This document shows positions 37,247 through 49,756 of a stretch of DNA of 64,000 nucleotides, one piece after another. The notes below the pieces were generated by a model. It searched no databases. It had not been told where the DNA came from and saw only the letters and a program-made list of their open reading frames with translations. The translations under genes were made by a program, and so were the position numbers. The stretch is from Eubacteriales bacterium (GTDB taxonomy: Bacteria; Bacillota; Clostridia; Oscillospirales; CAG-272). The stretch's first letter is position 1. Each line of letters starts with the position of its first letter. Where the stretch lies: NCBI GenBank assembly GCA_045540335.1, contig JAZQHC010000041.1:986-64985 (forward strand), given 5' to 3'.

Positions 37247-38371
37247 ATGGCTTCAGTAAAATTAACTAATGTTAAAAAAATATACGGCAAAGATACGGTT
37301 GCGGTAGATAACTTTAACCTTGATATTGCCGATAAAGAATTTATAGTTTTCGTTGGTCCTTCGGGCTGCGGTAAATCTACAACCCTGCGTATGATAGCAG
37401 GATTGGAGGATATTTCAGGCGGTACTGTTGAAATAGACGGCGTTGTAGTTAACGACCTTCAGCCGCGCGACCGCGATATTGCGATGGTTTTCCAAAACTA
37501 CGCGCTTTATCCGCACCTTACCGTATTTGAAAACATGGCGTTCAGCTTAAGATTGAAAAAAGTTCCGCAGGACGTTGTTTATGAAAAGGTAACTGCCGCC
37601 GCTGAAATACTTGGCATTACAGATTATCTTACAAGAAAACCGCGTGCGCTTTCGGGCGGTCAAAGACAGCGTGTTGCTATCGGCCGTGCAATGGTGCGCG
37701 ACAGTAAGGTTTTCCTTATGGACGAACCGCTTTCAAACCTTGATGCTAAATTGAGAAACCAGATGAGGGCGGAAATAATCCTTCTTCGCCAAAAGATAGA
37801 TACAACGTTTATTTACGTAACGCACGACCAGACAGAGGCTATGACCCTTGGCGACCGTATCGTTATTATGAAAGACGGATTTATTCAACAGGTTGGTACA
37901 CCTACGGAAGTATTCGATATGCCCGACAACCTTTTCGTTGCTGAATTTATCGGTGCACCGAAGATGAACACCATAAAGACCGACCTTGTTTATGAAAACG
38001 GAAAGTATTACGTAACCCCTTACGGCGCAAAGATAGAAGTAACGGGCAAAAAGGCAGATATGCTTAAGGAAAAGGGCATTACAAGCCGCCAGATAATTCT
38101 TGGTGTTCGCCCCGAGCACTTCGTTCTTGCAGATGCAAACGACAAGGGTGCTATTTCCTGCACTATCAAGGTTAACGAAATGATGGGCAGCGAACTTCAT
38201 TTGCACGTTGAAGAAGAAAACAAAGACAGGCTTATCGTTCGCATTCCCACTATCACGCTTGATGATGAACAAAGAAAGTCGCTTGTATTCGGCGCAACGA
38301 TAAACGTTACATTTGAAGGTAAGGTAATGCACTTCTTCGATCCTCAAACGGAAAGAAACCTTCTTGCATAA
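37247..38371 (+). CDS. msmX: Sugar ABC transporter ATPase (MsmX/MalK family)
   Basis: GPSGCGKSTTLRMIAGLE, VFQNYALYPH, LSGGQRQR, DEPLSNLDAKLR. Confidence 0.93.
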   Translation: MASVKLTNVKKIYGKDTVAVDNFNLDIADKEFIVFVGPSGCGKSTTLRMIAGLEDISGGTVEIDGVVVNDLQPRDRDIAMVFQNYALYPHLTVFENMAFSLRLKKVPQDVVYEKVTAAAEILGITDYLTRKPRALSGGQRQRVAIGRAMVRDSKVFLMDEPLSNLDAKLRNQMRAEIILLRQKIDTTFIYVTHDQTEAMTLGDRIVIMKDGFIQQVGTPTEVFDMPDNLFVAEFIGAPKMNTIKTDLVYENGKYYVTPYGAKIEVTGKKADMLKEKGITSRQIILGVRPEHFVLADANDKGAISCTIKVNEMMGSELHLHVEEENKDRLIVRIPTITLDDEQRKSLVFGATINVTFEGKVMHFFDPQTERNLLA

Positions 38372-38415
38372 CACAATTTCCCGATAGATATTGCTTTCGG
38401 GTTACAGATGGCAGC

Positions 38416-38453
38416 AAAAAGCCGATATGGAAAATTAACCATATCGGCTTTTT
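38416..38453 (+). terminator. Intrinsic terminator ending the carbohydrate locus
   Basis: aaaaagccgatatgg..ccatatcggcttttt. Confidence 0.75.
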
Positions 38454-38513
38454 TAACCGATTCGCCAATGAAAAGGCGCGTATTTTTTTGCACATAAATA
38501 TTTTTATACAAAC

Positions 38514-38554
38514 AAAAAAAGGCGTTGTGTTTTTATAAAACACAACGCTTTTTT
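38514..38554 (-). terminator. Intrinsic terminator after the aminotransferase gene
   Basis: aaaaaaaggcgttgtgtttt-ataaaacacaacgctttttt. Confidence 0.75.
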
Positions 38555-39732
38555 TATTTATTTTCTGATTTTAATTTATCGGTAAAAAGCTTTATTCTTT
38601 CAAGTGCTTTCGTAAGGTGCTTTACAGAATATGCATAGGATATTCTTGCATAACCTTCGCCGCACGCACCGAATGCCGTACCGGGTACTATTGCAACGCC
38701 GTATTCGTGCAAAAGCCGTTCGCAAAATTCTTCACTGCCCATGCCGAAAGCACCGACGTTAGGAAATACGTAAAACGCCCCTTCGGGTACGAAGCAGGGT
38801 ATTCCGCAATCCTTCAAGCCTTGAACGACCAGATTTCTTCTTCTGTCGTATTCAGCCTTCATCATTTCTATATCGCCGTCGCCGTTTTTCAACGCTTCTA
38901 TTGCGGCAAGCTGAGACGTTGTAGGCGCACACATTATCGCGTATTGATGTATTTTAAGCATTTGCTCGGTAATAGGCTTTGGCGCACATACAAAGCCCAA
39001 GCGCCAGCCCGTCATCGAGTAGGCTTTTGAAAAACCGCCTACAAGCACGGTTCTTTCCCACATGCCGTCTATATTGGCAATAGAGGTATGCTTTTTGCCG
39101 TACGTTAATTCGCCGTATATTTCATCACTTAACACGATAATATTCGTATCTTTTAAAACGTCTGCTATTTCTTGAAGCTCTTCCCTTGTCATTATTGCAC
39201 CCGTAGGATTATTGGGGAAGGGCAGAACAAGCATTTTCGTTTTAGGGGTAATAGCGGCCTTCAATTTTTCTGCCGTTAATTTAAAGCCTTCGTCTTCCGT
39301 TGTATTGATAGTTACGGGAACGCCGCCCGCAAGTGAAACTATCGGGCTGTAACAAACGAACGACGGTTCAGGCACGATTACCTCGTCGCCGTTGTCAACT
39401 ATGGCGCGCACGGCGATATCTATCGCTTCACTGCCGCCTACCGTTACAGTTATTTCATTTTTTGGTTCGTAGGGTAAAGAAAATCTTCTGTTAAGATAAT
39501 TTGATATTTCTACCCTTAATTCCATCGTTCCTGCGTTAGATGTGTAGTACGTATAACCTCTTTCAAGCGAAAGTATTCCCGCATCTCTTACATGCCACGG
39601 TGTAGGAAAATCGGGTTGACCCACGGTTAAGGATATTACATCCTTCATTGTTTCGAGAAGGTCGAAAAATTTTCTTATTCCCGAGGGTTTTATTTCCTTT
39701 GCTTTATTTGATAATGCCTTTTCGTAATCCAT
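38554..39732 (-). CDS. Class I/II PLP-dependent aminotransferase (YugH/AspB-like)
   Basis: PSGIRKFFD, FPNNPTG, SDEIYGEL, GFSKAYSMTGWRLG. Confidence 0.92.
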   Translation of the reverse strand: MDYEKALSNKAKEIKPSGIRKFFDLLETMKDVISLTVGQPDFPTPWHVRDAGILSLERGYTYYTSNAGTMELRVEISNYLNRRFSLPYEPKNEITVTVGGSEAIDIAVRAIVDNGDEVIVPEPSFVCYSPIVSLAGGVPVTINTTEDEGFKLTAEKLKAAITPKTKMLVLPFPNNPTGAIMTREELQEIADVLKDTNIIVLSDEIYGELTYGKKHTSIANIDGMWERTVLVGGFSKAYSMTGWRLGFVCAPKPITEQMLKIHQYAIMCAPTTSQLAAIEALKNGDGDIEMMKAEYDRRRNLVVQGLKDCGIPCFVPEGAFYVFPNVGAFGMGSEEFCERLLHEYGVAIVPGTAFGACGEGYARISYAYSVKHLTKALERIKLFTDKLKSENK

Positions 39733-40208
39733 TAAAGACAGCTTTCCCTCATATCTACTTCGCCTGCGCCGTAGATAAGGCCTTTATCTTTATAGCGGCG
39801 AAGCACAAAATGTGTGGCTGTTGCTACGACGCTTTCCATGGGCGCAAGCTTTTCTGCTACGAAAAAGGCAACCTCGCGCATTGTTTTGCCTTCGATTATT
39901 ACGGCAAGGTCGAACCCGCCGGACATAAGATACAAGCTTTGCACCTCGGGATAATTATATATTTTTTCTGCAACGCGGTCGAATCCCAATTCTCTTTGGG
40001 GGGTTATTTTCAATTCGATAAGCGCGGTAACGTACTCTCTATCGGTTTTATCCCAGTCGATAATAGCCTTATAGCCTACTATCGTGCCGTTTTTTTCACA
40101 TTCTTCGATTATATTCTTTACATCTCCCGTTTCTTTTTTAAGCATTGCGCTTATCATTTCAGGAGTAAATCTGGCATCGTTTTCCAGAAGCTTCAATATT
40201 TCATTCAT
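39732..40208 (-). CDS. Lrp/AsnC family regulator (YugG-like)
   Basis: ILKLLENDAR, YPEVQSLYLMSGGFDL, TATHFVL; paired with the aminotransferase. Confidence 0.9.
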   Translation of the reverse strand: MNEILKLLENDARFTPEMISAMLKKETGDVKNIIEECEKNGTIVGYKAIIDWDKTDREYVTALIELKITPQRELGFDRVAEKIYNYPEVQSLYLMSGGFDLAVIIEGKTMREVAFFVAEKLAPMESVVATATHFVLRRYKDKGLIYGAGEVDMRESCL

Positions 40209-41410
40209 TTTTCTGCACTCCCTTCAAGTGAGATTTTTGCAAACGCCGTCCAGCCTGTGGTTTCGCTATACGCAATAAACACGCCTTCGCAGCATTCGGT
40301 TATATGCGCGTATTCAAACGGAATTACAGTATTTCCGTTAATATCTATAACGCCTTTGCCTTCTTTTGTGCCCACTACCGCAAGCCCTTCGCAATACGGC
40401 GTTGCGTACGTGTAGGTATTGATATCGGTTATCCAGTCGCCTTTTATTGCATAAAATCCGTATTTATCGTTTTTTTGCAGCAATAAACGTTGGTTTGAAT
40501 AAGAAATAAGGTTTAAACCGCCTTGAAGCTTAAATTCTTTATGGGTTTGGGTATTAACCAAAATATCCATATCCTCTATTACTTTATTCTTATGCGTTTT
40601 AATATTTCTTACCATTACCCAACCGCTGTCGGGATATTTTGCGCCAAGGCTGTAAATATTATTTTGCCCTATCTCGTAATATCCGTGTTCGGTTGCGTTA
40701 TACGATTGCACACCGTTTGCAAATGATTTCGGATAATTGAAATAATACTTTATTTCGTTTTTGTCGCCCGCTTTTTCAAGCGCGCCGTTTTCTATAACGT
40801 AATTTTCGCCGTTGATAACGAATATCGGTTTTCCTTGGCTTGTTCTTTCATAGGGAAGGGCATCAAACCTTCCTTCAAAAAGCGGCAAGGCAACCGTTCC
40901 GTCGCTGTTATATACTATCGTGCCATTTTCATCAGACGATATGATATATCCCATATAAAGCTCTGCCGAATAAAGCACGCTTTCCAATGTTTGATACAAA
41001 AATTCTCTTGATGCGGAGGCGCCGGTTTTTTTCACCTTTACATCGGGCTTATACACCGTTGAAAATTCGTATGAAGAATTAAACTTTATCGGCAATTTAA
41101 CGATAATATCGCTTTCGGGATTAAAAATATCGCTGCTGATTTTATTGTTTTTGTTGTTAAGATATTCCTCTGCGGTCGGAATTTCTATTTTCTGCTGCTC
41201 GTCTTCTTGCGGAATATCCTGCTGCGGAGGTGTTTGTGAAGTATCCTCGTGTGGGGGATATTGTACGGGTGGATACGTTTCATCTTCATATCTTTTTATA
41301 AAAGCGATATCGTAGTATCCCTCTGCGTACAATACAGCCGCCAATACTGCTGCGCACATCAAAATGACGCAAAATACGGTTATTATGATTTTTTTTCCCG
41401 TTTCGAGCAA
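40205..41410 (-). CDS. Membrane-anchored WG-repeat protein
   Basis: N-terminal TM; KYGFYAIKG, YCEGLAVV..KGVIDINGNTVIPFEY. Confidence 0.75.
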   Translation of the reverse strand: MLETGKKIIITVFCVILMCAAVLAAVLYAEGYYDIAFIKRYEDETYPPVQYPPHEDTSQTPPQQDIPQEDEQQKIEIPTAEEYLNNKNNKISSDIFNPESDIIVKLPIKFNSSYEFSTVYKPDVKVKKTGASASREFLYQTLESVLYSAELYMGYIISSDENGTIVYNSDGTVALPLFEGRFDALPYERTSQGKPIFVINGENYVIENGALEKAGDKNEIKYYFNYPKSFANGVQSYNATEHGYYEIGQNNIYSLGAKYPDSGWVMVRNIKTHKNKVIEDMDILVNTQTHKEFKLQGGLNLISYSNQRLLLQKNDKYGFYAIKGDWITDINTYTYATPYCEGLAVVGTKEGKGVIDINGNTVIPFEYAHITECCEGVFIAYSETTGWTAFAKISLEGSAEK

Positions 41411-41447
41411 GGTTCAAAGCACTCCTTTTAAAGGGATGCGGAATTTA

Positions 41448-43973
41448 TTATTCCGCATCTTGTTCGGTCTGTTGTGTCTCTTCGTTTTGTTGAATTTCTT
41501 CGTTTTCTTGCGTTTCTTCTTCCGATTTTTCTTCTTCGCGTGCCGTATGCGTGAAGTTAACTATGCGGTCGCCCTCTTCCTTGAATCTTACGACGATAAC
41601 GCCTGTTGCAGCCCTTCCGCAAACGCGAACATCCTCTGCACGGAATCTGATAAGAACGCCCTTTGTCGTTACTATTATTATATCCTCGCCGTCGGCAACA
41701 GATGCAATACCTGCAAGCTTGCCTGATTCTTCTGTTATCTTATGGCAAACTACGCCCTTACCGCCTCTGCCGTGAACGGTGTAGTTTTCAAACTCTGTTC
41801 TCTTACCGTATCCGTTTTCGGTGATAGAAAGCAGTTTTTTACCTTCTTCGCACAGGGTTGCGCCCGTTACAAAATCGTCTTCTGCAAGCCTTATACCTCT
41901 TACACCGCGGGAAGCCCTGCCCATATCCCTTACGTGCTTTTCGTTAAAGCATACTGCCTGACCTTCGTGGGTACATACTACAACATCCCTATTGCCGTCT
42001 GTAAGCTGAACGAATAAAAGCTCGTTTCCTTCATCAAGCAATATTGCAATCTTGCCGCCTTTTCTGCGTTGTTCGAATTCGGAAAGCTTCGTTTTCTTGA
42101 TAGTTCCGTTTTTGGTAACCATCAAAAGGTAGCCGCCCTTTGAGAAATCATCTACGGGAACAAGTGCGGTTATCTTTTCGTTTTCTGCAAGGTCTATAAC
42201 GTTTACGATATTAGAGCCTTTAGACGTTCTGCTTCCCCTGGGAAGGCTGTAAACCTTTTTCATAAAGACTCTGCCCGTATTGGTAAACATCATCATATAC
42301 GAGTGGCTGTGTGCGGCAACTACGTTGATAACGAAATCGTCCTCTTTCGTTGCCATACTTCTCATACCCTTGCCGCCCTTGTTTTGAACGGAATAATCCG
42401 AAACGGGCTGCATTTTGATATATCCGCCGTAGGTAAGCGTTACAACGCAGTTTTCGCGTTCGATAAGGTCTTCATCTACGATTTCTTCATCAGATTCTTC
42501 TATGCGCGTTCTTCTTTCGTCGCCGAATTTATCCCTTATTTGAATAAGCTCGTCTTTAATTATCTGATGCACCTTTTCTTTATCGGCAAGCGTTGCCTGC
42601 AATTCGATAATAAGGGCGTTAAGCTTTGCCAATTCTTCTTCTATTTTTACAGTTTCAAGATTTGAAAGCTTACCTAACTGCATTTCTACGATTGCCTGTG
42701 CCTGAATATCATCAAGGTCAAACGCAGAACATAACTGTTCTTTAGCATCGGGTATAGATTTTGAAGAACGGATTATTCTTATAACCTCGTCGATATTATC
42801 TATTGCTATATGAAGGCCCGCCAATATATGCGCACGTTTTTTAGCTTTATCAAGGTCAAATTCTACCCTGCGGCATATAACCTCTTCCTGGTGGGCAATA
42901 TAGTGTTGAAGTATCTCTTTAAGGCCGAGGCACTTCGGTTCGCCGTTTACCAAGGCAAGCATATTTATAGCGCACGTATCCTGCAGCTGCGTGTACTTAT
43001 AAAGCTGATTTAATATCACCTGGCCGTTTGCATCGCGCCTGTATTCAACCACTATCTTCATACCGTGGCGGCCGCTTTCGTCGCGAAGGGCGGTGATACC
43101 CTCTATTTTCTTTGCTTTTACAAGCTCTGCCATGCTCATAACAAGCATGGATTTATTAACCATGTAGGGAATTTCGTATATTTCTATTCTGTGCTTATCT
43201 TCAAACACCTCTGCCTTTGCCCTTACGCTTACCCTGCCGTGACCCGTGGTATATGCTTCGTATATACCGTTTGTGCCGTGAATGGTTGCGTATGTAGGAA
43301 AGTCGGGCCCTTTGATAAACGTCATAAGGTCTTTAACTTCCGCATCGGGGTTTTCCATAAGATATACCGTACCGTCGATAACCTCGCGCAGGTTATGCGG
43401 CGGAACGTTCGTTGCCATACCAACGGCAATGCCGACAGAACCGTTTACCAAAAGATTGGGGAATCTTGCAGGAAGAACGCGCGGCTCTTTTCTGGTATTA
43501 TCAAAGTTAGGGTCGTAATCTACAACGTTTTTTTCGATATCCGAAAGCATATAGTCTGCCAAACGCGACATTTTCGCTTCCGTATAACGGTATGCAGCCG
43601 CCCCGTCGCCATCGACGTTACCAAAGTTACCCTTGCCATCTACAAGTGGATATCTTAAAGAGAAGGGCTGTGCAAGCCTTACCATTGCATCATATACGGC
43701 GGCGTCGCCGTGCGGGTGATATCTACCAAGCACGTTACCTACCGTCGTTGCGGATTTTCTGTGCGGATTACTGTAAACAAGATTATCCTCGTACATTGCG
43801 TAAAGTATGCGGCGGTGAACAGGCTTCAATCCGTCGCGCACGTCGGGCAATGCACGCGAAACGATAACCGACATGGAGTATTCCAAAAAGGACTTTTTAA
43901 CTTCCTTTTCTATCTGCATTTCGACTATCTTCTGATCTTTGAATTCAATATCTTTATTCGTATATTTTTCCAT
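41448..43973 (-). CDS. gyrA: DNA gyrase subunit A
   Basis: RALPDVRDGLKPVHRR, YHPHGD, AAYRYTE, GyrA-box-like QNKGGKG, acidic tail. Confidence 0.97.
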   Translation of the reverse strand: MEKYTNKDIEFKDQKIVEMQIEKEVKKSFLEYSMSVIVSRALPDVRDGLKPVHRRILYAMYEDNLVYSNPHRKSATTVGNVLGRYHPHGDAAVYDAMVRLAQPFSLRYPLVDGKGNFGNVDGDGAAAYRYTEAKMSRLADYMLSDIEKNVVDYDPNFDNTRKEPRVLPARFPNLLVNGSVGIAVGMATNVPPHNLREVIDGTVYLMENPDAEVKDLMTFIKGPDFPTYATIHGTNGIYEAYTTGHGRVSVRAKAEVFEDKHRIEIYEIPYMVNKSMLVMSMAELVKAKKIEGITALRDESGRHGMKIVVEYRRDANGQVILNQLYKYTQLQDTCAINMLALVNGEPKCLGLKEILQHYIAHQEEVICRRVEFDLDKAKKRAHILAGLHIAIDNIDEVIRIIRSSKSIPDAKEQLCSAFDLDDIQAQAIVEMQLGKLSNLETVKIEEELAKLNALIIELQATLADKEKVHQIIKDELIQIRDKFGDERRTRIEESDEEIVDEDLIERENCVVTLTYGGYIKMQPVSDYSVQNKGGKGMRSMATKEDDFVINVVAAHSHSYMMMFTNTGRVFMKKVYSLPRGSRTSKGSNIVNVIDLAENEKITALVPVDDFSKGGYLLMVTKNGTIKKTKLSEFEQRRKGGKIAILLDEGNELLFVQLTDGNRDVVVCTHEGQAVCFNEKHVRDMGRASRGVRGIRLAEDDFVTGATLCEEGKKLLSITENGYGKRTEFENYTVHGRGGKGVVCHKITEESGKLAGIASVADGEDIIIVTTKGVLIRFRAEDVRVCGRAATGVIVVRFKEEGDRIVNFTHTAREEEKSEEETQENEEIQQNEETQQTEQDAE

Positions 43974-44016
43974 ATTTCCTTCCGTATCTTTCTGCACCGA
44001 TGTGCATTATTTATTT

Positions 44017-44960
44017 TCAATATGTTTTTACGGCAGTTTCGTTAAAAGAATGTTTTATATCTGATTTTTGCGGTACGTCCCCGTATTTATTCATTAAATT
44101 TGCAAAAGCACAAGCGTACCTTACGGAATATTCCACATCGTAAAACGAATAATCGTACGCCTTCATAAACGCTGCGGTAAATGCGTTTTTATAATAAAGA
44201 TTATCTTCTTTTACGCGGGGCTTTATATCGCAAAGCATCAGTTTTTTGCCTTCTGAATAAACTGCCCCCGTATTTTTGCATATGCACAGCACCTTTTGCT
44301 GAACGCTTGCGGAATACTTTTTTAATGCGGAAAGTGCCTGCGCCTTGTTTTCGACCTCGCAGCCCGTTATGCTTGAAACGCCGTTATAATCGGTTATTAT
44401 CAGCCACGGATGCTGTTTTTCAGCTATTTGCACCTCTTGCCCTGAAAAATCCGCAATAATTTTTACGCCCTTTTCACCCATTATTCTTACTATGTCGGCA
44501 TATACGCCCTGCATCAACCCTTGTGGGCGGATGCCCGTTATTATAAGGTATTCGGGCTTTTTCGGATTATCGGTTAAGGCGTGCAAAAGCTTGAAATACT
44601 GTTGCAGGGTGATATTATCGTACCCGTCGTACAAAAACGAGGTATCCTTTCCCCTATCGTATCCGTAAATTACTTTTAATGATGTTTCTCTTTGCGTTTT
44701 TACGAAAAAGTGTTCTATACCGATTCTGTCGTAATACGCTTCAAGCTGGTTTCCCGTTTCGCCGCCTGAAAAACCGTATATCCTGCTTTTCACACCAAGC
44801 AAATTAAGGTATTCGCAAACGCTTACGCCCCCGTCCGGCTTGCAGTGGATAACCTTGCTGCATATATTTTCTTTATCCTGCTGCATATATGTAGCACTGT
44901 AAAGCATTATTACGTTGCCGGGGGACATACAAAGAACGTCAACGGAAAAATCGTTTTTCA

Positions 44961-44961
<1 letters not shown>
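44017..44961 (-). CDS. PfkB/1-phosphofructokinase-like protein with degenerate catalytic motifs
   Basis: LGVKSRIYGFSGGETG, IITG.RPQG, VKIIADFSG resemble FruK/LacC; DTVGAGD is replaced by DNLYYKN. Confidence 0.7.
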
Positions 44962-47151
<2,190 letters not shown>

Positions 47152-48237
47152 TCAACCATTCCCGCCTTTACGTTTATTTTATTATTTACATCGTACGCAG
47201 AAAACAGCTCTTCATTGCAAGAGGTGATTATTACCTGCTTTCCGCCCAATTTAGATAAAAGGTACGACGCGCGGTTAGAATCAAGCTCGGATAAAACGTC
47301 ATCAAACAGATATACGGGGTATTCGCCCGTCTGTTCGTTTGATATTTCGCCCTCGGCAAGCTTTGCCGCAAGCGAAAGCGACCTTTGCTGCCCTTGCGAG
47401 CAATAAAATCGCGAAGATCTTCCGTTTAAAAATATTTCCATATCGTCGCGGTGCGGGCCGAACAGATTCATTTTATACTGCATTTCTTTATTCAGATTTT
47501 CGGTATATAGTTCGAAAAATTTCTGAAATTCTGCATTTTCGTCTTTTTCGGTTGCGCCGCAATACGTTATACTTACATTTTCTTTGCCGTCGCTCATCTC
47601 TAAAAGAGAATTTTTCATATATCCTTCAAGCCTTTTGCAGTAATCCTTACGTGCGTTTTCGATATATACGGCACAGGGGGCAATCTGCTCTGCCAAGGCT
47701 TCAAACAACGGTAACGATACGGAGATATCCGTACAATCCTTTAAATACGCCGCCCTTTGAGACAAAATACGGTTATAGTTTTTAAGCATATAAACGTATT
47801 TTTTATCCGTTTGGGATATTGCCACATCAAGAAACAAGCGCCTTTGCGACGGGGAATCTTTAATTATGGAAAGATGGTCGGGGCAGAAAAGCACAGCCTT
47901 GAAATTACCTATAAATTCCGCAGCTTTGGTTATCTGACCGCCGCATATCTTCATTATTCTTTTTTCGCCCTTCCTGTAATAAACGGACATTGTATTTTCC
48001 TTTTCAAACGAAGAATAGGAAATTTCAAGCCCTGCTTCATTACCGCCGAAGGGAATAACGTCGGCTTCCTTCTTCATTCTGTAAGGCTTACCCCTTGCGA
48101 AAAGGTAAATGCCTTCAAGCAGATTCGTTTTGCCTTGCGCGTTATCGCCCCAGATAACGTTTAAGCCGTCTTCAAACGTAACGTCTGCCTTTAACAGATT
48201 GCGATAGCCGTTTATTTGCAGTTTATTAAGCTTCAAT

Positions 48238-49383
48238 TTAGCTTTGATGCGGTCTTACGGGGAAGACGAAGTACATAAACGACTTATCATCTTCATCCGT
48301 GGGGGAAATAAGCATACTGGAAAGCGGCGTAGAGAAGCCAAGCTTTACCGTATCCGAATCTATCGCGCGGAAGCTGTCAAGCAAGAAACGGCAGTTAAAG
48401 CTGATTTCTATGTCTTCACCCTCGTGCTTGCAGGGAATCTCGTCGAAAACCTTGTTTACAACTGAAATACACGATATTTTAAGCGAATCGCCGTAAACGT
48501 TAAGCGTTACGCTGCTTTTAACCCTTCCCGCGTCGCTGTCTTCCGTTACAAGCATAGCCCTTTCAAGGCTTTCGCGCAAACTGCTTGTAGCTATTTCTAC
48601 GGTAATCGGGCAATCCTTCGGTATAAATCTTTCGTATTCTATATAATCACCGTCTATCTGGCGGGTAAAGAATATCATATTATCGCGGAAGAACATTATG
48701 TGCTTAAGCCCTCTTACAACGCGAATCTTTTCATCTGTATCAAGCAAGAATTTCTGTATTTCGGGTAAAGCCCTTCTTGCTATTATAAAATTAAGATTCA
48801 TATAAGAACCGTCTTCGTTATGGTTTTCCATTTCGCAATCTTCAAATCTTTGTGCAAAACGGAAGCCGTCCAACGCAACTATACGAACGTTTTCTTCCCT
48901 TATTTGAAAATACGCGCCGTTAAGCTGAAGCTTTTGGTGGTTTTCTGCAACTGCAAACGACGTTTGCGCTATAAGCCTTTTTAACGTCTTTTGGCTTATC
49001 GTAAAGCAATAATCGCCTGAAAGCTCGGGCATGTTGGGAAACAGCGACCCTTCCATACAAACTACCTCGAATTTACTGTTTCCGCACGATATTTTTGCAA
49101 TGTTTTTATCTGATATATCTATCGTTATATCACCGGGCATATTTCTTGCGATATTAAGAAGCTTGTTTGCGCTGATAATATAGCTTCCGGGCTTTTGAAC
49201 GTCTGCATCTATTATCGTTTGGAAGCCCTTTTCGGTATCAAAGGTTGATATCATACATTTATCGGAATCTATCGTTTTAAGTCTGATGCCTTGAAGCACT
49301 TTATTTTCGCCCCTTGTGGATACGGCACCCATTGCGGGAACGATGGCGTTCAGAAGCACGTGTTTATCGAATACGACTTTCAT
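48238..49383 (-). CDS. dnaN: DNA polymerase III beta clamp
   Basis: QTSFAVA, VALDGFRFA, DGDYIEYERFIP, ISFNCRFLLD, FPVR; position after dnaA. Confidence 0.95.
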   Translation of the reverse strand: MKVVFDKHVLLNAIVPAMGAVSTRGENKVLQGIRLKTIDSDKCMISTFDTEKGFQTIIDADVQKPGSYIISANKLLNIARNMPGDITIDISDKNIAKISCGNSKFEVVCMEGSLFPNMPELSGDYCFTISQKTLKRLIAQTSFAVAENHQKLQLNGAYFQIREENVRIVALDGFRFAQRFEDCEMENHNEDGSYMNLNFIIARRALPEIQKFLLDTDEKIRVVRGLKHIMFFRDNMIFFTRQIDGDYIEYERFIPKDCPITVEIATSSLRESLERAMLVTEDSDAGRVKSSVTLNVYGDSLKISCISVVNKVFDEIPCKHEGEDIEISFNCRFLLDSFRAIDSDTVKLGFSTPLSSMLISPTDEDDKSFMYFVFPVRPHQS

Positions 49384-49419
49384 TTTATTTTCTCCTTCGC
49401 ATCTGATATATAGAATGTA

Positions 49420-49740
49420 ATGAATACTTATGAATATAGTAGTAGTAGTAGGGGGTGTGGATTGTGTGGATTGTGCGTTTTATCCGCTTTTTAAGCAGTT
49501 TTGTCGAATTTTTGCCCTGTTGAATTCTTGTAAAATTCCAAGGGATAAAATGTGCACAACATTATTCGATTTTTTACCCGAAAATCTACCCACTTTTTAT
49601 TCTTCGGTATTCCATACCTTTTCAACAGGTATTTTCACAATGATTCAACAAGGTTATCAACAGGGGGAAAAAACTGCCCCGTTTATCCACAAACTATGGG
49701 ATATATGTGGATAACTTTGTGGATTGTGTGTATAACTTTT
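49420..49740. other. Chromosomal replication origin oriC (DnaA boxes, GC cluster, DnaA-trios)
   Basis: Perfect boxes TTATCCACA 49683-91 and TGTGGATAA 49706-14; near-consensus boxes at 49456, 49465, 49718, 49727; (TAG)5 trios 49437-51 next to a G5 cluster. Confidence 0.92.
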
Positions 49741-49756
49741 CGCTTTTTTGGCTTAT

